Positions 24,458 through 36,525 of a stretch of DNA of 64,000 bases are shown in pieces. The notes beneath the pieces were generated by a model. That model saw nothing but the letters and a program-made list of their open reading frames with translations, ran no database searches and was not told the origin of the DNA. Within the stretch, counting starts at the first letter, position 1, and every line of letters begins with the position of its first letter. The stretch spans positions 14,694,001-14,758,000 of the forward strand of contig NC_042999.1 of assembly GCF_006345805.1 (NCBI RefSeq). The letters run 5' to 3'. Source of the DNA: Octopus sinensis. Taxonomy: Eukaryota. The translations under genes and the position numbers were made by a program.

Positions 24458-25690
24458 ATGAAAAGGGAGTTAGGAACAATACAAAAACTAAATGGGGGGA
24501 ATATCATTAAAACCTTAAATACATGGATTATGTCAGTTTTAAGATATTCTGCCCCCTCTCTGGAATGGACAAAAGCTGAGCTACATAACTTAGAAGAATT
24601 GGTAGAAAGCTGCTTACAATGTATTATTCACACCACCCTAAAAGTAATACCAACAAAAAATACCTAACAAGAAAGGAAGGTGGAACACAAAAGATACTGT
24701 TAATACTGTGATATTAGGATTAAAACACTATGTTGTGCAGAGTAAGAAAATGTACTATCAGCAGCTGGAGATGTCCGAAAACAGTCGGAGAATTCAAAAA
24801 GACAGGGAAGAATAAAAGAATAAGTGAAGGGAATGAAATAGAATTACATAATCAAATGATGGATGTCGAAAGTAAAGAACACTGGTTCCAGATGACAGAC
24901 AGAAACCTGAAACAAGAGACTAAAATTATAATTATATCCACCCAGGAACAAGTCATTAGAACAAATCTGATAAAAGCAAATGTTGGGCAAAACTCAGTCA
25001 GACAGTAAATGAGGAATATGTAGAGAAGGAGATGAAAGTATCAATCACAAAAAGAGTATGAGCTCCAGCATGATTTGTAGAGTGTTAGATAAGCATGTGG
25101 CTTTAAAATAACAGAAAAGTGGTATGAGCATGAACCATAGGCTGTGAAAGGAAATGAGAATTATGGAATCTTATGGGACGTCTTTATAAAGATTGACCAT
25201 ACTACACCTGATTTTTTTCTCCCCTCCATACACATGCAAGCATGTATCTGACTCATACACTGTTCACTTCCCAGACATTTGTACATTACTGCATATGCTT
25301 TATATGCATTTTTGACAAGTTGTGATGCACCAGAGCACTGTATACAATAATTTCATTATTATTATTATTATTATTATACTGAAGCAAGAAGACCAGATAT
25401 GATTATAGAGGACAAAATAAACAAACTGTATGATTATAGACTTTGTAGTTCCTTATAAAAGAGTTGATACCAAAGAAATTGAGAAATATCAGGATCTAGT
25501 CTGAGAAGTGAGAAGACTATAAAAGACGAGGACAATTATTCCTGTAATTGGTGCACTTGGCACAACACCCAAAATGATAACTAAAATGCTGAAAGAGATT
25601 AGAATTGAAATGTGCATTCTCAGCATGAAGAAAAATACCAAACTATATTCTGCAAGAACCTTAAGAAAGATTCTTGAAATTTTGAGATTT
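24458..25690 (+). pseudogene. Decayed R4/Dong-clade LINE with restriction-like endonuclease
   Basis: LNGGNIIKTLNTWIMSVLRYS, NLKQETKIIIISTQEQVIRTNLIKA, KWYEHEP, EARRPDMII...DFVVP remnants. Confidence 0.85.
25204..25375 (+). mobile_element. (ATT)n-tailed retroposon 3' fragment inserted in the R4 fossil
   Basis: Splits IDHT/EARRPD; TSD ATACT at 25199-25203 and 25376-25380. Confidence 0.7.
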
Positions 25691-26366
25691 GTTGTCCTCA
25701 AACCTCAAGATAAAATTCTCGCTAATCAAATTAACAGATGATGTTAAGAGGAAGAAGAAGAAATACAGTATAACGATCTTGACATTCGTATAACATTTGG
25801 AATTTCGCGGGGAAGATTCGTTATCTTATGACAATAAATCTATTGAATTGATCTTTGATGTCAGGTGAGCCGTGGTACAACTCTTCTTGAATTCAAGGAT
25901 TTTACATAACAATGGTAAATAATTTTTGCTAATATAGGCACAAAGCTTGAAAATTCAGGGAGAAGCTAGGCCGATATCATCGACTTCTGAAGCCTTTTGA
26001 TTTTAGTTAGAGCCTAGAGAAAACCGAAATAAACACTTTATAGCATTTTGACCCCTGCCAATAGCAAAGTGCGTTCTTACTGACGATTGGTTAATAACCA
26101 ACCTAAAAGGAAATACCAGCAACGACATTCTGAACTAAGGGAAATAACTCATAATATATTTTAGAGTTGCCTACCTTGGAGACATCAAACGCTAAGAATT
26201 TTTTTTTTCTCATTTCTTACGGTTTCATATCTTTGTACTGCCATCAATGCTGGAATGACTCCTCAAATATTGATTTTATCATATCGACCCCAGTGAGTCT
26301 TGCACTTCTACCACTGATTTTCAATTATCGAACCACTAATGGACGAGATACAATATAAACAATTTA

Positions 26367-26398
26367 AACAAACATCTTCGCGCGCGAAGTTGTTTGTT
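26367..26398. promoter_or_regulatory. 32-bp palindrome with CTTCGCGCGCGAAG core
   Basis: One mismatch across 16 pairs. A regulatory role is only inferred. Confidence 0.35.
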
Positions 26399-26416
26399 CA
26401 CACACACACACATGGG

Positions 26417-26682
26417 AATATTTTTCATTAATATATTTGAAGCTTTAACCGGTTTCACAGTTTACACTGATTTTCAAAATGTTCAAATAGAAAGACGTGG
26501 CTTATGTCGCAGCTGTCTTGCTTCTGACAAGTGTTTGATGTTTGCCTCCCTATAAAAACAGGGCAAACTTCAGAAGCAAGACAGCTGTAACATGAGCCAC
26601 GTCTTTCCGTTTGAATTTTTGAAAATCAGTGTAAACTGTGAAACCGGTTAAAGCTTCAAATATTTTAATGATAAAAAATATT
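26417..26682. mobile_element. Foldback-type MITE with inverted arms of about 110 bp
   Basis: Arms at 26417-26527 and 26570-26682; related fragment at 28570-28665. Confidence 0.85.
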
Positions 26683-27072
26683 TTAACTATTCTCAGTGCA
26701 TTTTCAACTTCTACTGTTCCTCTGTGTGTATGTGTGTGTGTGTATGTGTACGATGGGCTATTTTTAGTTTCCATCTACCGCATCCACTCACAAAGCTTTG
26801 TTCGGCACGACGTTATAGAAGATACTTGCCCAACGTGTTACGCAGTGGGACTGAACCCGGAACAGTGTGGTTGGGAAGCTGACTTCATACCACATAGCTA
26901 CACCTCCGTCTATATATCCTCATTTTACGGTTAAATTTAATGTTTGTTCTATGTTAAAGTTGCTACTATTACCATTACATCCAGTAATCTACAAGAATTA
27001 CAGTTTACGAGTAATACCAGTACAAAGTACCATTACTAAAGTGTCTTTATAGTCTGCTACGCGTTTGCCTCT

Positions 27073-27160
27073 CAACCATGTCAGGCAAATAAACAATGCT
27101 GGTTCTTGATCGATCACCAAAGTTAAGTAAAGTCGAACATTGTACTTAAATGATCGGTGG
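27073..27160 (+). pseudogene. 5S rRNA-derived fragment
   Basis: GGTTCTTGATCGATCACCAAAGTTAAGTAAAGTCG...GTACTTAAATG resembles the 5S internal control region; heavily diverged. Confidence 0.6.
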
Positions 27161-27164
27161 GATC

Positions 27165-27829
27165 GGCATACCTACATAATTGTGCCCCTCAACCACAAAT
27201 TTATTTCTTCATAACTTCCAGAATAATGGATATTTTGTAATTAAATTTTCTGCAAATACGCTTCAGACGGTGCAGTTTCCGATTATATCGGGATTTGTGA
27301 TAAAATATATTTTCCGATGATGGGGTGAGGAGTTTCGGAAAATACAAACCAGTTGGCTTTGTTTCCTCATAATTTTCAGAAAAATGGGTAATTTGGAAAA
27401 ATTGAAAAAAAAAATGGTGAACTCGTACATATTTATACATCACAATTTTCTTTTGGGATTTCAAGTTTCATTTTGTAGCTATATAGAATATTCATCAGTA
27501 TGTATGTGTACGATCTTTTTTTTTTTTTTTTTTTTTCATATTAAATTCCGATATAATTGTAATCTACACTCTCTGAAAAGTATTTCTAGAAAATTTCATT
27601 TTAAAAAATGTTCCCATTTTTCTGCAAGATATAAGGAAAGAAAACTGACCCGTGTAAATTTTCCGAAACTCCCCACTCTCAGAAAGATTATATTTCACAA
27701 CAAATTCTGATATGATCGGAATCTGTACCATCTAAAACGTATTTATAGATAATTTCATTAAAAAATATCCATTTTTCTGAAAGTTATAAGGAAAAACAAA
27801 TTCGGCGGACACACTTGTGTAGGTATGCC
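27165..27829. mobile_element. Old MITE with long (about 220 bp) subrepeated TIRs
   Basis: Termini GGCATACCTACA / TGTAGGTATGCC; arms colinear in reverse complement. Confidence 0.8.
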
Positions 27830-27876
27830 CAAAAAACATTACTAAAGCGTCAAAATAGCCTGCTAGTCTTCCTTCG

Positions 27877-27960
27877 CAACCATATCAGGCCAAAAAAAAA
27901 ATACCAGTCCTGTTTTATTACCAAAGTTAAGTAAAGTCAACCATTGTACTCAAATGAGTG
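27877..27960 (+). pseudogene. Second 5S rRNA-derived fragment
   Basis: CAACCATATCAGGC...ACCAAAGTTAAGTAAAGTC..CATTGTACTCAAATG, paralogous to 27073-27160. Confidence 0.5.
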
Positions 27961-28153
27961 GTAGCTCGTGAGATCTAAGTATTCTCAGCATATTTTAAAA
28001 CAAGTTACTTTCAGAATAACCAGAGAAGAAATTATTCGCCAACATAAATATTTATTTCGAACAATATTTGTGTTTGTAGTCAAAGGGAAATAACTTTAGT
28101 AATTGTTAGTTACCTCCCTTGAAAAATAAATTTACGTTTAAGTTGTATCTTAA

Positions 28154-28829
28154 ACTAGCAGTATTGCCCGGCGTTGCTCGGGTTTGTTTCAACCCTTTAG
28201 AATTGGAATTTTTGAAAAGTAAAAATTTTGCCCAATGTAACTTGTTATTCTCTTTAAGTGAACATTTTTCTGGTTGAAATACACCGAAAAATGGCGACAC
28301 AGCAGTCAAAACATCGTAAAAAATAGGGATTTTCATAGAAAAAAAAAAGCACCTTTTTGATGTAAATAATTTTTGGTGTTAACATGGTCCGATTTGGTGT
28401 TTATATTTTTTTAGCCTGATACTTATAGTATCGGTCTCTTTGCCGAACCGCTAGGTTACGAGCACGTAAACACACCAGTACCGGTTGCCAAGTGGTTGTA
28501 GGGAACAAACACAAACACACCACATTTTACATATACACACACAAATTATTTTATTCCATACGGGTAGAAGTTGGCTTCTGACTAGCGTTTGAAGTTTGCC
28601 CAGTTTTTATAGGGAGGCAAACATCAAACACTAGTCAGAAGCAAGACAGCTGTGACATAAGCCATGTCATAAGCCATGGTGTTAACATGGTCCGATAAAA
28701 GAAGAGCAAGCCTTCTTCTATCACACTCTCAATTTTGGTCAACTTACGCCGCAGGGTCTCGGAGGAGATAGTGTTAGTTGAAGGCTACAAAAACTGCCAT
28801 ACACAGACAACTTCAATATATAGAGAGAT
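28154..28829 (+). mobile_element. Helentron-associated non-autonomous element (HINE-like), interrupted
   Basis: 5' ACTAGCAGTATTGCCCGGCGTTGCTCGGG, 3' ACAGACAACTTC...TATATAGAGAGAT; uninterrupted copy at 54281-54673. Confidence 0.7.
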
Positions 28830-29480
28830 TTGTATTTTGCTAACTATAGAAATAGGATGGTATTAAACCAATTAGAGTGAACAATATTACATAAAGTCTA
28901 TTTTAAAGTGTTACTGGCGCCTCATTAAATTACATTCATATTCATTCGATAAGAGGCAAAACTGCGGAACTGTGCCACTCCTGACTATTGTTTCTCGTGA
29001 CTTACTGAAAAATGAGTATTCTTCATTGAAATTTTCTTCAGATACCTTTCAGATGGTGTAAGCTTAAGATTATATCGAATTTATATTAAAAAATTGCGGG
29101 GTGCGGTGGGGTGTTAGTGGAAAAAAAAAATTTGAGGACTAAGTTTCAGTTATTACGCTTGTGTGGTGTGTGCAAGTGGGTGGGTAGGCTGAATGCTACT
29201 TAAAATTTAAAAAATTTTAGGAATCCTATTAAATATCATTAAATTAGGAACAGGGAATTGGAACCGACCTACAGGGAATCGCGATATATTTTTTTTTTTT
29301 CATATACATATATCACACAGGCGTGGCTGAGTGGTAAGAAGCTTGTTTCCCAACCACATGGTTTCAGGTTCAATCCCACTGCGTGGCACCTGGGGCAAGT
29401 GTCTTCTACCGTAGCCTCGGGCCGGCCAAACCCCTGTGAGTGGATTTGGTAGACGGAAACTGAAAGAATCCCGTTGTATA

Positions 29481-29612
29481 TGTTTCTTTCTGTGGAAGAG
29501 CATAGGCTCGAAACGTTAAAGACTTTTTCACTTCCCGAGCGCTGTAGTAATACATCTGTTTGTTGTCTACACCACCTGTCTTCGTCTTTTGTATTTTTGT
29601 GAATTCTCCCTA
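29481..29612 (+). mobile_element. Penelope-like terminal fragment
   Basis: Carries a minimal hammerhead-like motif and ends CCC(TA)n. Confidence 0.6.
29485..29522 (+). ncRNA. Minimal type I hammerhead-like motif with variant core
   Basis: Stem I TCTTT/AAAGA, core CTGTGGA(A), stem II GAGC-ATAG-GCTC, GAAA, palindromic AACGTT. Confidence 0.55.
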
Positions 29613-30376
29613 TATATATATGTGTGTGTGTGTGTGTGGTGTGTGTGTGTGTGTGTGTCTGTCCCCAGCACCATCGCTTGACAACTGATGTTGGCGTTTA
29701 CGTCCCCGTAACTTGGCAGTTCGGCAAAAGAGCCCGATAGAACAAGTATTAGGGTTACAAAGAATAAGTCCTGGGTTTGATTCGTTCGATTAAAGGTGAT
29801 GCTGCAGCAAGGCTGCTGTCAAATGACTGAAGCAAGTAAAATAATTTTTTTTAATGAATATATATATATATATTTCAGTCATTGGAGTGCAGACATGCTT
29901 GGGCACTATCTTGAAGGGTTTCAGCAAATTTGGCCCCATACTTATTTTATTTTAAAGGGTGTTGTTTATTCTATCGGTCTGTTTTTCGTGAACCGCTAAG
30001 TAAACAGACAAACACCATTTCTCAAGCAGTGAGACAAGCACATACACACACGGCCGGCTTCAGCAGAGTTTCTGTCTACCAAATTCACATAGAAGGAAGT
30101 ACTTGGCCTAAGGCTATAGTGGGAGATGCCCAAGGTGCCATGCGATAGGACTGAACCCCAAAACCCGTAGTTGCAAAACGAAATTCTTAACCATACAAAC
30201 ATTGAAAATTTTGTGCTACTTTTTACGCAATTGATTTGCCAATCCTGCTTTTCGTCTACAGCTCAGAAAATGTGACCAGCTGCAGTCACATTGTCTGAAA
30301 TGTCAGTTTTAAGTTTACGAGGCTCAGATCTTGATGTGAAGTATTACTGACATCATTTTGATTAACGACCATTGTT

Positions 30377-30645
30377 AAGTGTACAGTATGATGACTAGAG
30401 TGTTGGGCTGAAAATCGTAAGGTCATAGTTTCGATTCTCAGAACGAGCGATGAGTTGTGTTATCCAGTAAAACACTTCATTTCTACGTCACTTCAGTCTA
30501 CTCAATTGAAAATGAATACAAGCAACGTTTGAGGATTAATCCTGTAAATGGACTGGCGCCAGTGAATCGCGAAGGACGGATAATTATAAGTTATGAAACC
30601 GGAATAAGCTTCGGCTCAAGGATCTTGTAGACTCATGACAGACTT
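30377..30645 (+). mobile_element. Old tRNA-headed SINE with Deu-like and V-like blocks
   Basis: CTTCAGTCTACTCAATTGAAAATGA and CCTGTAAATGGACTGGCG blocks; relative at 58765-58900 (-). Domain names are from memory. Confidence 0.55.
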
Positions 30646-31334
30646 TTGAAGATCCTTATATGTTGATTTTAAAAGGCACTGTGATAACCTTGTCTGCTAT
30701 GTCATCGTGGGATCGTTACAATTTTGTGCCCCGACCAAAGCCATCCTTTTAGGTGCTCTGAGTCCTAGTGCAGTATTGAAGAAATAGTTTCCCATCCTTC
30801 GTCCAAATACGAAATTGTCTCACAAACAGATATATGGGCCTCCTAGACCCCATTTATAGCAACTAGCTTAAGATAATCACCGGTCCTGACATGACATTCT
30901 AAATCTGATGTGTTCTCATTGAGATTTTGCAGACCCGGTAACTCTGGTCATCAGAGAGAGAGTGAAAGTTTTAACTCTCTGTTGTCCCATAAACTCGTTT
31001 ATACTCTTTAAAAGAATAGCTTCGTGCTATTTGTAGACAAAACAACAAGGAGAAATTTTCCAATTCGGAGCAACATGGCTTTGTTCCAATCCCTGGAAAA
31101 TCCCTTCACAATTCACGCGACACGTGAGATTTTTTTTTTCTTTTTAAGTAGGAGACCGCCAGATATTCACAGACCTCTCTTTGGATTTCAGACCACGGTT
31201 GTAGGTAAAGCTGTCAAGAGAAATTGTCCATGGGTGGGGGAAACCGTTCTGAAAGACTACGAAGCGGGAAAATAGACTGGAAGAGTTAAAGCTGTGGATT
31301 CGTTTACAAAAGTCTTCATTATTACTTTTGAGAA

Positions 31335-31737
31335 GGCGACGAACTGGCAGAATCGTTAGCACGCCGGGCGAAATGCGTAGCTGTATTTCGTTTGCCGTTA
31401 CGTTCCGAGTTCAAACTCCGCCGAGGTCGACTTTGCCTTTCATCCTTTCGGGATCGATTAAATAAGTACCAGTTACGCACTGGGGTCGATATAATCGACT
31501 TAATCCATTTGTCTGTCCTTGTTTGTCCTCCCTGTGTTTAGCCCCTTGTGGGTAGTAAAGAAATAGGTATTTCGTCTGTCGTTTCATTCTGAGTACAAAT
31601 TCTGCCGGGGTCATCTTCGCCTTTCATCCTTTCGGGGTCGATAAATTAAGTACCAGTTACGCACTGGGGTCGATATAATCGACTTTCTCCCTCCCCATAA
31701 ATTCCAGGCCTTGTACCTATAATAGAAAGGATTATTA
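31335..31737 (+). mobile_element. Family-A SINE dimer
   Basis: Full copy plus head-truncated copy joined at GAAATAG|GTATTTCGTC. Confidence 0.88.
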
Positions 31738-32501
31738 CCTTTGAGATATTGGAAATGGCGGTTATAGGTCAGTAATTGATCAGTTTCGAGGGAAAGAGTG
31801 ATGACGGTCTCCTCACTTAAAAAACACCCTTTCCTCATGATTTGTGATTTCTCCGGGAGGCCCTATTCACAAACTGCTTGAAACTTTAACGAAGAGCATA
31901 TTCGGACTTATGGAACAACAGAGAGGCTATAATTTTTCACACTTTCTAATAATTCGCATCCATACGTTTTATCTTTTACTTATTTCGGTCATTGGACTGC
32001 GGCCATGCTGTGGCACCGCCTTGAAGAGTTTAGTCTAACAAATCAACTCCCAGTGTTTAGTGTTTTGAAGCCTGGTACTTATTTTTATTTTTTGCCGAAC
32101 CACTAAGTTTCGGGGACGTAAACAAACCAATACCAGTGGTCAAACGGTGAGGGAACAAACAACATCACACACGCACACACACTTTCTCGTGCAGTTTCCG
32201 TCAACCAAATTCACTTACAAGGCATTGGTCAGCTCGGCACTACAGTAGAAGATATTTGCTTAAGTTGCCGCACAAAGGAATCGAACCAGAAACCACGTAA
32301 CTGCAAAGCTAGCTTCTTACCACACAACCATGACAACGCCTGTGTGTAAGCTTCTTCTCTGAATTGTTTAGTTAGTGGGAATGACACTCCCTATAATCAG
32401 TTACAGGGCATCTGAGACTAGTGGGAGGAGGGAGAGGAATATATCCTCAAACCAAAGACATGCTTGTGGCACAATGGGATCCACTAAAGCAGTCCCTAAA
32501 G

Positions 32502-32660
32502 CACTGGCATAGCTAGAGTGCGTGCCACTCGGAGCGGCCCTTTCGTTTGCTGTCGCCGGACCCCACAAAAAACACATTGCTTACAGTAGACCCAAAAGTG
32601 TTACCCCCTTAAAAGTGCCGCCCGGAGCGGACCGCCCCCACCCACCAAGCTACGCTAGGG
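32502..32660. mobile_element. 159-bp hAT MITE
   Basis: TIRs CACTGGCATAGCT / AGCTACGCTAGGG; exact 8-bp TSD CCCTAAAG. Confidence 0.8.
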
Positions 32661-32668
32661 CCCTAAAG

Positions 32669-32918
32669 CACTGGTTCTCAACTGGGTTACATATGGCTCC
32701 TGGGATTCCATATAAGATTTTGTTGTTTAAATTTATGTGCAATAAAACTGGTTTATACTTCCACAATACAGAAAATATTTCATGCTTTTATATACACTTC
32801 TTAATAACAATTATAAAAAATATAGTAGGATCTGTTAAACATGAGGGGGCGGAGGTGTCCAGTAGAATGAAATATAAATCAAAGGGGTTCATAGGCTGAA
32901 AGTGGTTAAGGGCCATAG
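32669..32918. mobile_element. Older hAT-like MITE
   Basis: 5' CACTGGTTCTCAAC, degenerate 3' TIR; relatives near 22110-22300 and 54688. Confidence 0.5.
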
Positions 32919-32966
32919 CACTAAAAGCACCCAAGAAACAGGGTGCTTTCAGGGCCGCCTCAACAG

Positions 32967-33564
32967 TTAGTTAGTTAGTTAGTTAGTTAATTTGGCTCAA
33001 AAGCAAATAGCAAGGCCATGTAGGGGGACATGGAGTTAAGTACAGGGTGGTGTTCATGTAAAGAGTTCAGGCCACTTGAGGTCAAGGGAGGCTTTGAACA
33101 AAGCGGTCGTCGGCATCTTCACCATCTCGTCTGGCAGCTTGTTCCACGGATCCGCAACCCGGACGGAGAAAGCTCCTCTCCTTCGATTGAGATGAAATCG
33201 TCGCAGGTAGAGCTTTTCGGAATGACCCCGCAGCCGACGCTCCGGAGCAGGAGTGAAGAACAGCTCTTTCGAGAGGTTACACTTCCCGCTTATGATGTTG
33301 TGGGCGAGAATGAGATCACCACGGCGGCGGCGTTTTTCAAGAGAATAAAGGTCGAGCGTCCTCAGCCTTTCTTCGTAGGACAAATTTTTGAGACCATGAA
33401 CCATGCGGGTAGCCAGCCTCTGGACTCTTTCGAGATGCTGTATGTCTTTGAGGAGATAAGGAGAAGAGGCTTGAATCCCATACTCCAATATGGGTCTCAC
33501 CAGCGTGACATAGAGTGGTAGGAATATGGCTGCTGTGAGCATTCCGAATAACCGTCGAATCAAA
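32967..33564 (-). mobile_element. Young 5'-truncated CR1-type LINE
   Basis: Stop-free C-terminus (LYVTLVRPILEYG...RRRRGDLI...RVADPWNKLP), short 3' UTR, (TAAC)n tail, probable TSD AACAG. Confidence 0.92.
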
Positions 33565-34161
33565 AACAGAATTCCGCGCGCTTTGTTGTACTATAGGCCC
33601 CTGAGCAAAACAGTATCCTGGGACTCCTATAAATACAACTACAGCTTACAAAGATTTACATTGGTCTCCAAACTCGTGAGGCCCCTAGGTAAGGGGCACA
33701 CCCAAATGTGCCCATGTCTCAAGTACAAAATGTTTTAAATGATTAGTGGGTGTTTTATACAGATTATATTTATCATCACCCAAGTTAGCAAATGCGGGTT
33801 TTGAACTCAGAATGCAAAGATAGAACATTAGTTGCAAATTTTGGCAGAAGGCCAGCAATTTCGGGGGTAGGTGGGTGGAGTCGATTGCATCGATCCTTAT
33901 GCTCAACTGGTACATATTTTATAGACCCCGAAGGGATGAAAGGTATAATTTACATCGGCCGAATTTGAACTCGGAATATAAAGAAGTACTAAAGATTCTG
34001 CCAGATTGCAGAACATCGACTAATAATATATCGACTGTATATGTTTATTTAAAAGCAAGATAAAAAGGCAAAGTTGAGCTCAGCAGGATTTGAACTTAGA
34101 ACATAATCTGGAAGAAATACCACGAAATATTTTGACCGATGCTCTAACGACTCTGCCAAGT

Positions 34162-34199
<38 letters not shown>

Positions 34200-34665
34200 T
34201 GTGTGCGCGCGCATATTTTCTCTCGTGTGTATGTGTACACATGATATTGTGTCTCGTGGGTGTGTATCATCTATACGTCAACATATTTGCGCGTGATAGT
34301 GTCATTATGTGTTGTTTCTATACGTGACTATGGGTGTCGGATTTATTCTGTCAGTCATCACGTTTGTCTGTTATTAGTTCCTTGTTTTTGCTTGTTCAAG
34401 TTTTTTATGTTGTGGTGTGTGTGTATGTGTGTCACTAGCGTAGCTAGAGGGGGCGGTCCTCGCCGGGCGGCACTTCTATGGGTTCTGCTGTAGGTTATAA
34501 GTCTGTATATGCTGTATTGACATCAAATAATAGTAGTTTTAATGCCGGGACACGGACGCTACACACCGTTAAATGAAACAATTGATACAGTCACTGTGCA
34601 ATATGTATTTCTTGTGACGTCCCAGGGACGGCAAATTGAAGGGCCATCCAGGGCGGCACACATAC

Positions 34666-34700
<35 letters not shown>

Positions 34701-35296
34701 TGGCCATGTGCGCACATACACGTACATTGTTCATCTTTTACTTGGGTCAATCGTTAGGCTGCGGCCATGCTGGAGCAACGCCTCGAAAAATTCTTAGTCC
34801 AATGAATCGACCCCAGTACTTTTTTTTCTTTCAAGCCTGGTACTTATTCTATCGGTCCCTGTTGCCAAACCTCTAGTGTTACTGGTACGTAAACACGCCA
34901 ACACCGGTTGTCAAGCGGTGGTGGGGGCGGGGACAAACAAGGTTTTGTGTATTTAGCTGATGTTCATTAAATCAATTGCAGAGCACATTCCAGACTAAAA
35001 GTAAACAAGCGAATACAACCTTATTCGATGCTATGACACTTACCCAGCAGAAATACGTGTCGGAATGTAAAGAAAACAGATTAATAAATGTTTTAGTAAA
35101 TAAAACCATTCATTCACCACCATTTGGATGTATTGATTATATATTCTGTAATCCACAAAAATTCATTGAAGCAACCTCTGGATTTACCAATCAAAATGAG
35201 TATAATTAATTGCTTGCCATAAATGACTGTAAATATTTCCTATCTTTCCGTGTGGTTAGCCAAGCCTGGATTTCATAGCCTTATTCCTTTACGTTA

Positions 35297-35356
<60 letters not shown>

Positions 35357-36525
35357 ACTTACCACACAGCCACGCCTGCGCCTATTTTCGAAACTTTTGA
35401 GCAACACCCCAAAACAAATTCTGGATCCCTCCACCCAGTGAGGTGTTTTAAGCAGGGTAAAGCTTTGTTTTGTTATTGACTGACAGACCCTCGTACCAGT
35501 GGCATGTAAAAGCACCCACTACACTCTCGGAATGGTTGGCGTTAGGAAGAGTATCCAGCTGTGGAAACTCTGCCAGATCAAGATTGGAGCCTGGTGCAAC
35601 CATTTGGTTCACCAGCCCTCAGTCAAATCGTCCAACTCATTCTAGCATGGAAAGCAGACGTTAAACGATGATGATGATCAAATCGCCCGCTCGGGTGCTT
35701 TGACGCAGAGGACTGCGGAGTGGACAAGTGGTTATGCTGAGTGGAAGAAAGGAACCACGTCGTTGATCTGTCTTACGTTTTGGTACTTATGAAACGAAGG
35801 GTTTAACGCTTGAATCGTTGCGAAGAGTTGGCAAGAGTACATTAAGCCAAAGACAGCCAGAAAAGTTGGAACAGAGGCTGAAAGCAACCAAGTCGGATGA
35901 GATTAAGAATGGTGCATGCAACTGTAGAGGAAATGAATGGATCTGCAATGCTAAGTTATGATAAGGATTAAAAGGTCTTTGAAGTGTGTGGAGACAGGTG
36001 GAGAAAGAAGGAGCAGATACCATTTAAGGTCATGGTGAGAAACCGAAAGGAAGAAACCGAGGACATATAGAGGAGATACTAAAAGTTATTACCAATTGGC
36101 TACAGAAAGACCGACCCATATTATTGCAAGTTGTTAGGAGGGCGGTGTAAGTCCATGATAGCCTACTGTAGGCACGTAAAGAAGGTGTGGATTGCAAACA
36201 GTTTCCTCAAATTACCAGTTTTACAGTTAAATATATGCTGGTGGAGTTAAAGAAACAGCAGTGACCTTACACGATATGTAACATTACCAAAAATATAACA
36301 AAGATTGGGTTTCCTAGTCAAGGTTAGAAAATACGTGGCTGTGTGGTAAGTAGCTTGCTTACCAACCACATGGTTCCGGGTTCAGTCCCACTGCGTGGGA
36401 CCTTAGGCAAGTGTCTTCTACTATAGCTTCGGGCAGACCAAAGCCTTGTGAATTGATTTGGTAGACGTAAACTGAAAGAAGCCCGTCGTGTGTATGTATG
36501 TATATGTATATATATATATAGAGAG

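Larger units (their letters stand above)
29316..29850 (+). mobile_element. Family-B SINE with an insertion in its microsatellite
   Basis: Head and tail intact; extra sequence at 29481-29612. Confidence 0.88.

Noticed and set aside
27073-27160. Functional 5S rRNA gene
   Set aside because: Truncated, many substitutions, no array context.
30650-31330. Possible LINE remnant or coding region
   Set aside because: No recognisable motif in any frame on manual translation.
33030-33521. 163-aa plus-strand ORF
   Set aside because: Antisense shadow of the CR1 coding sequence.
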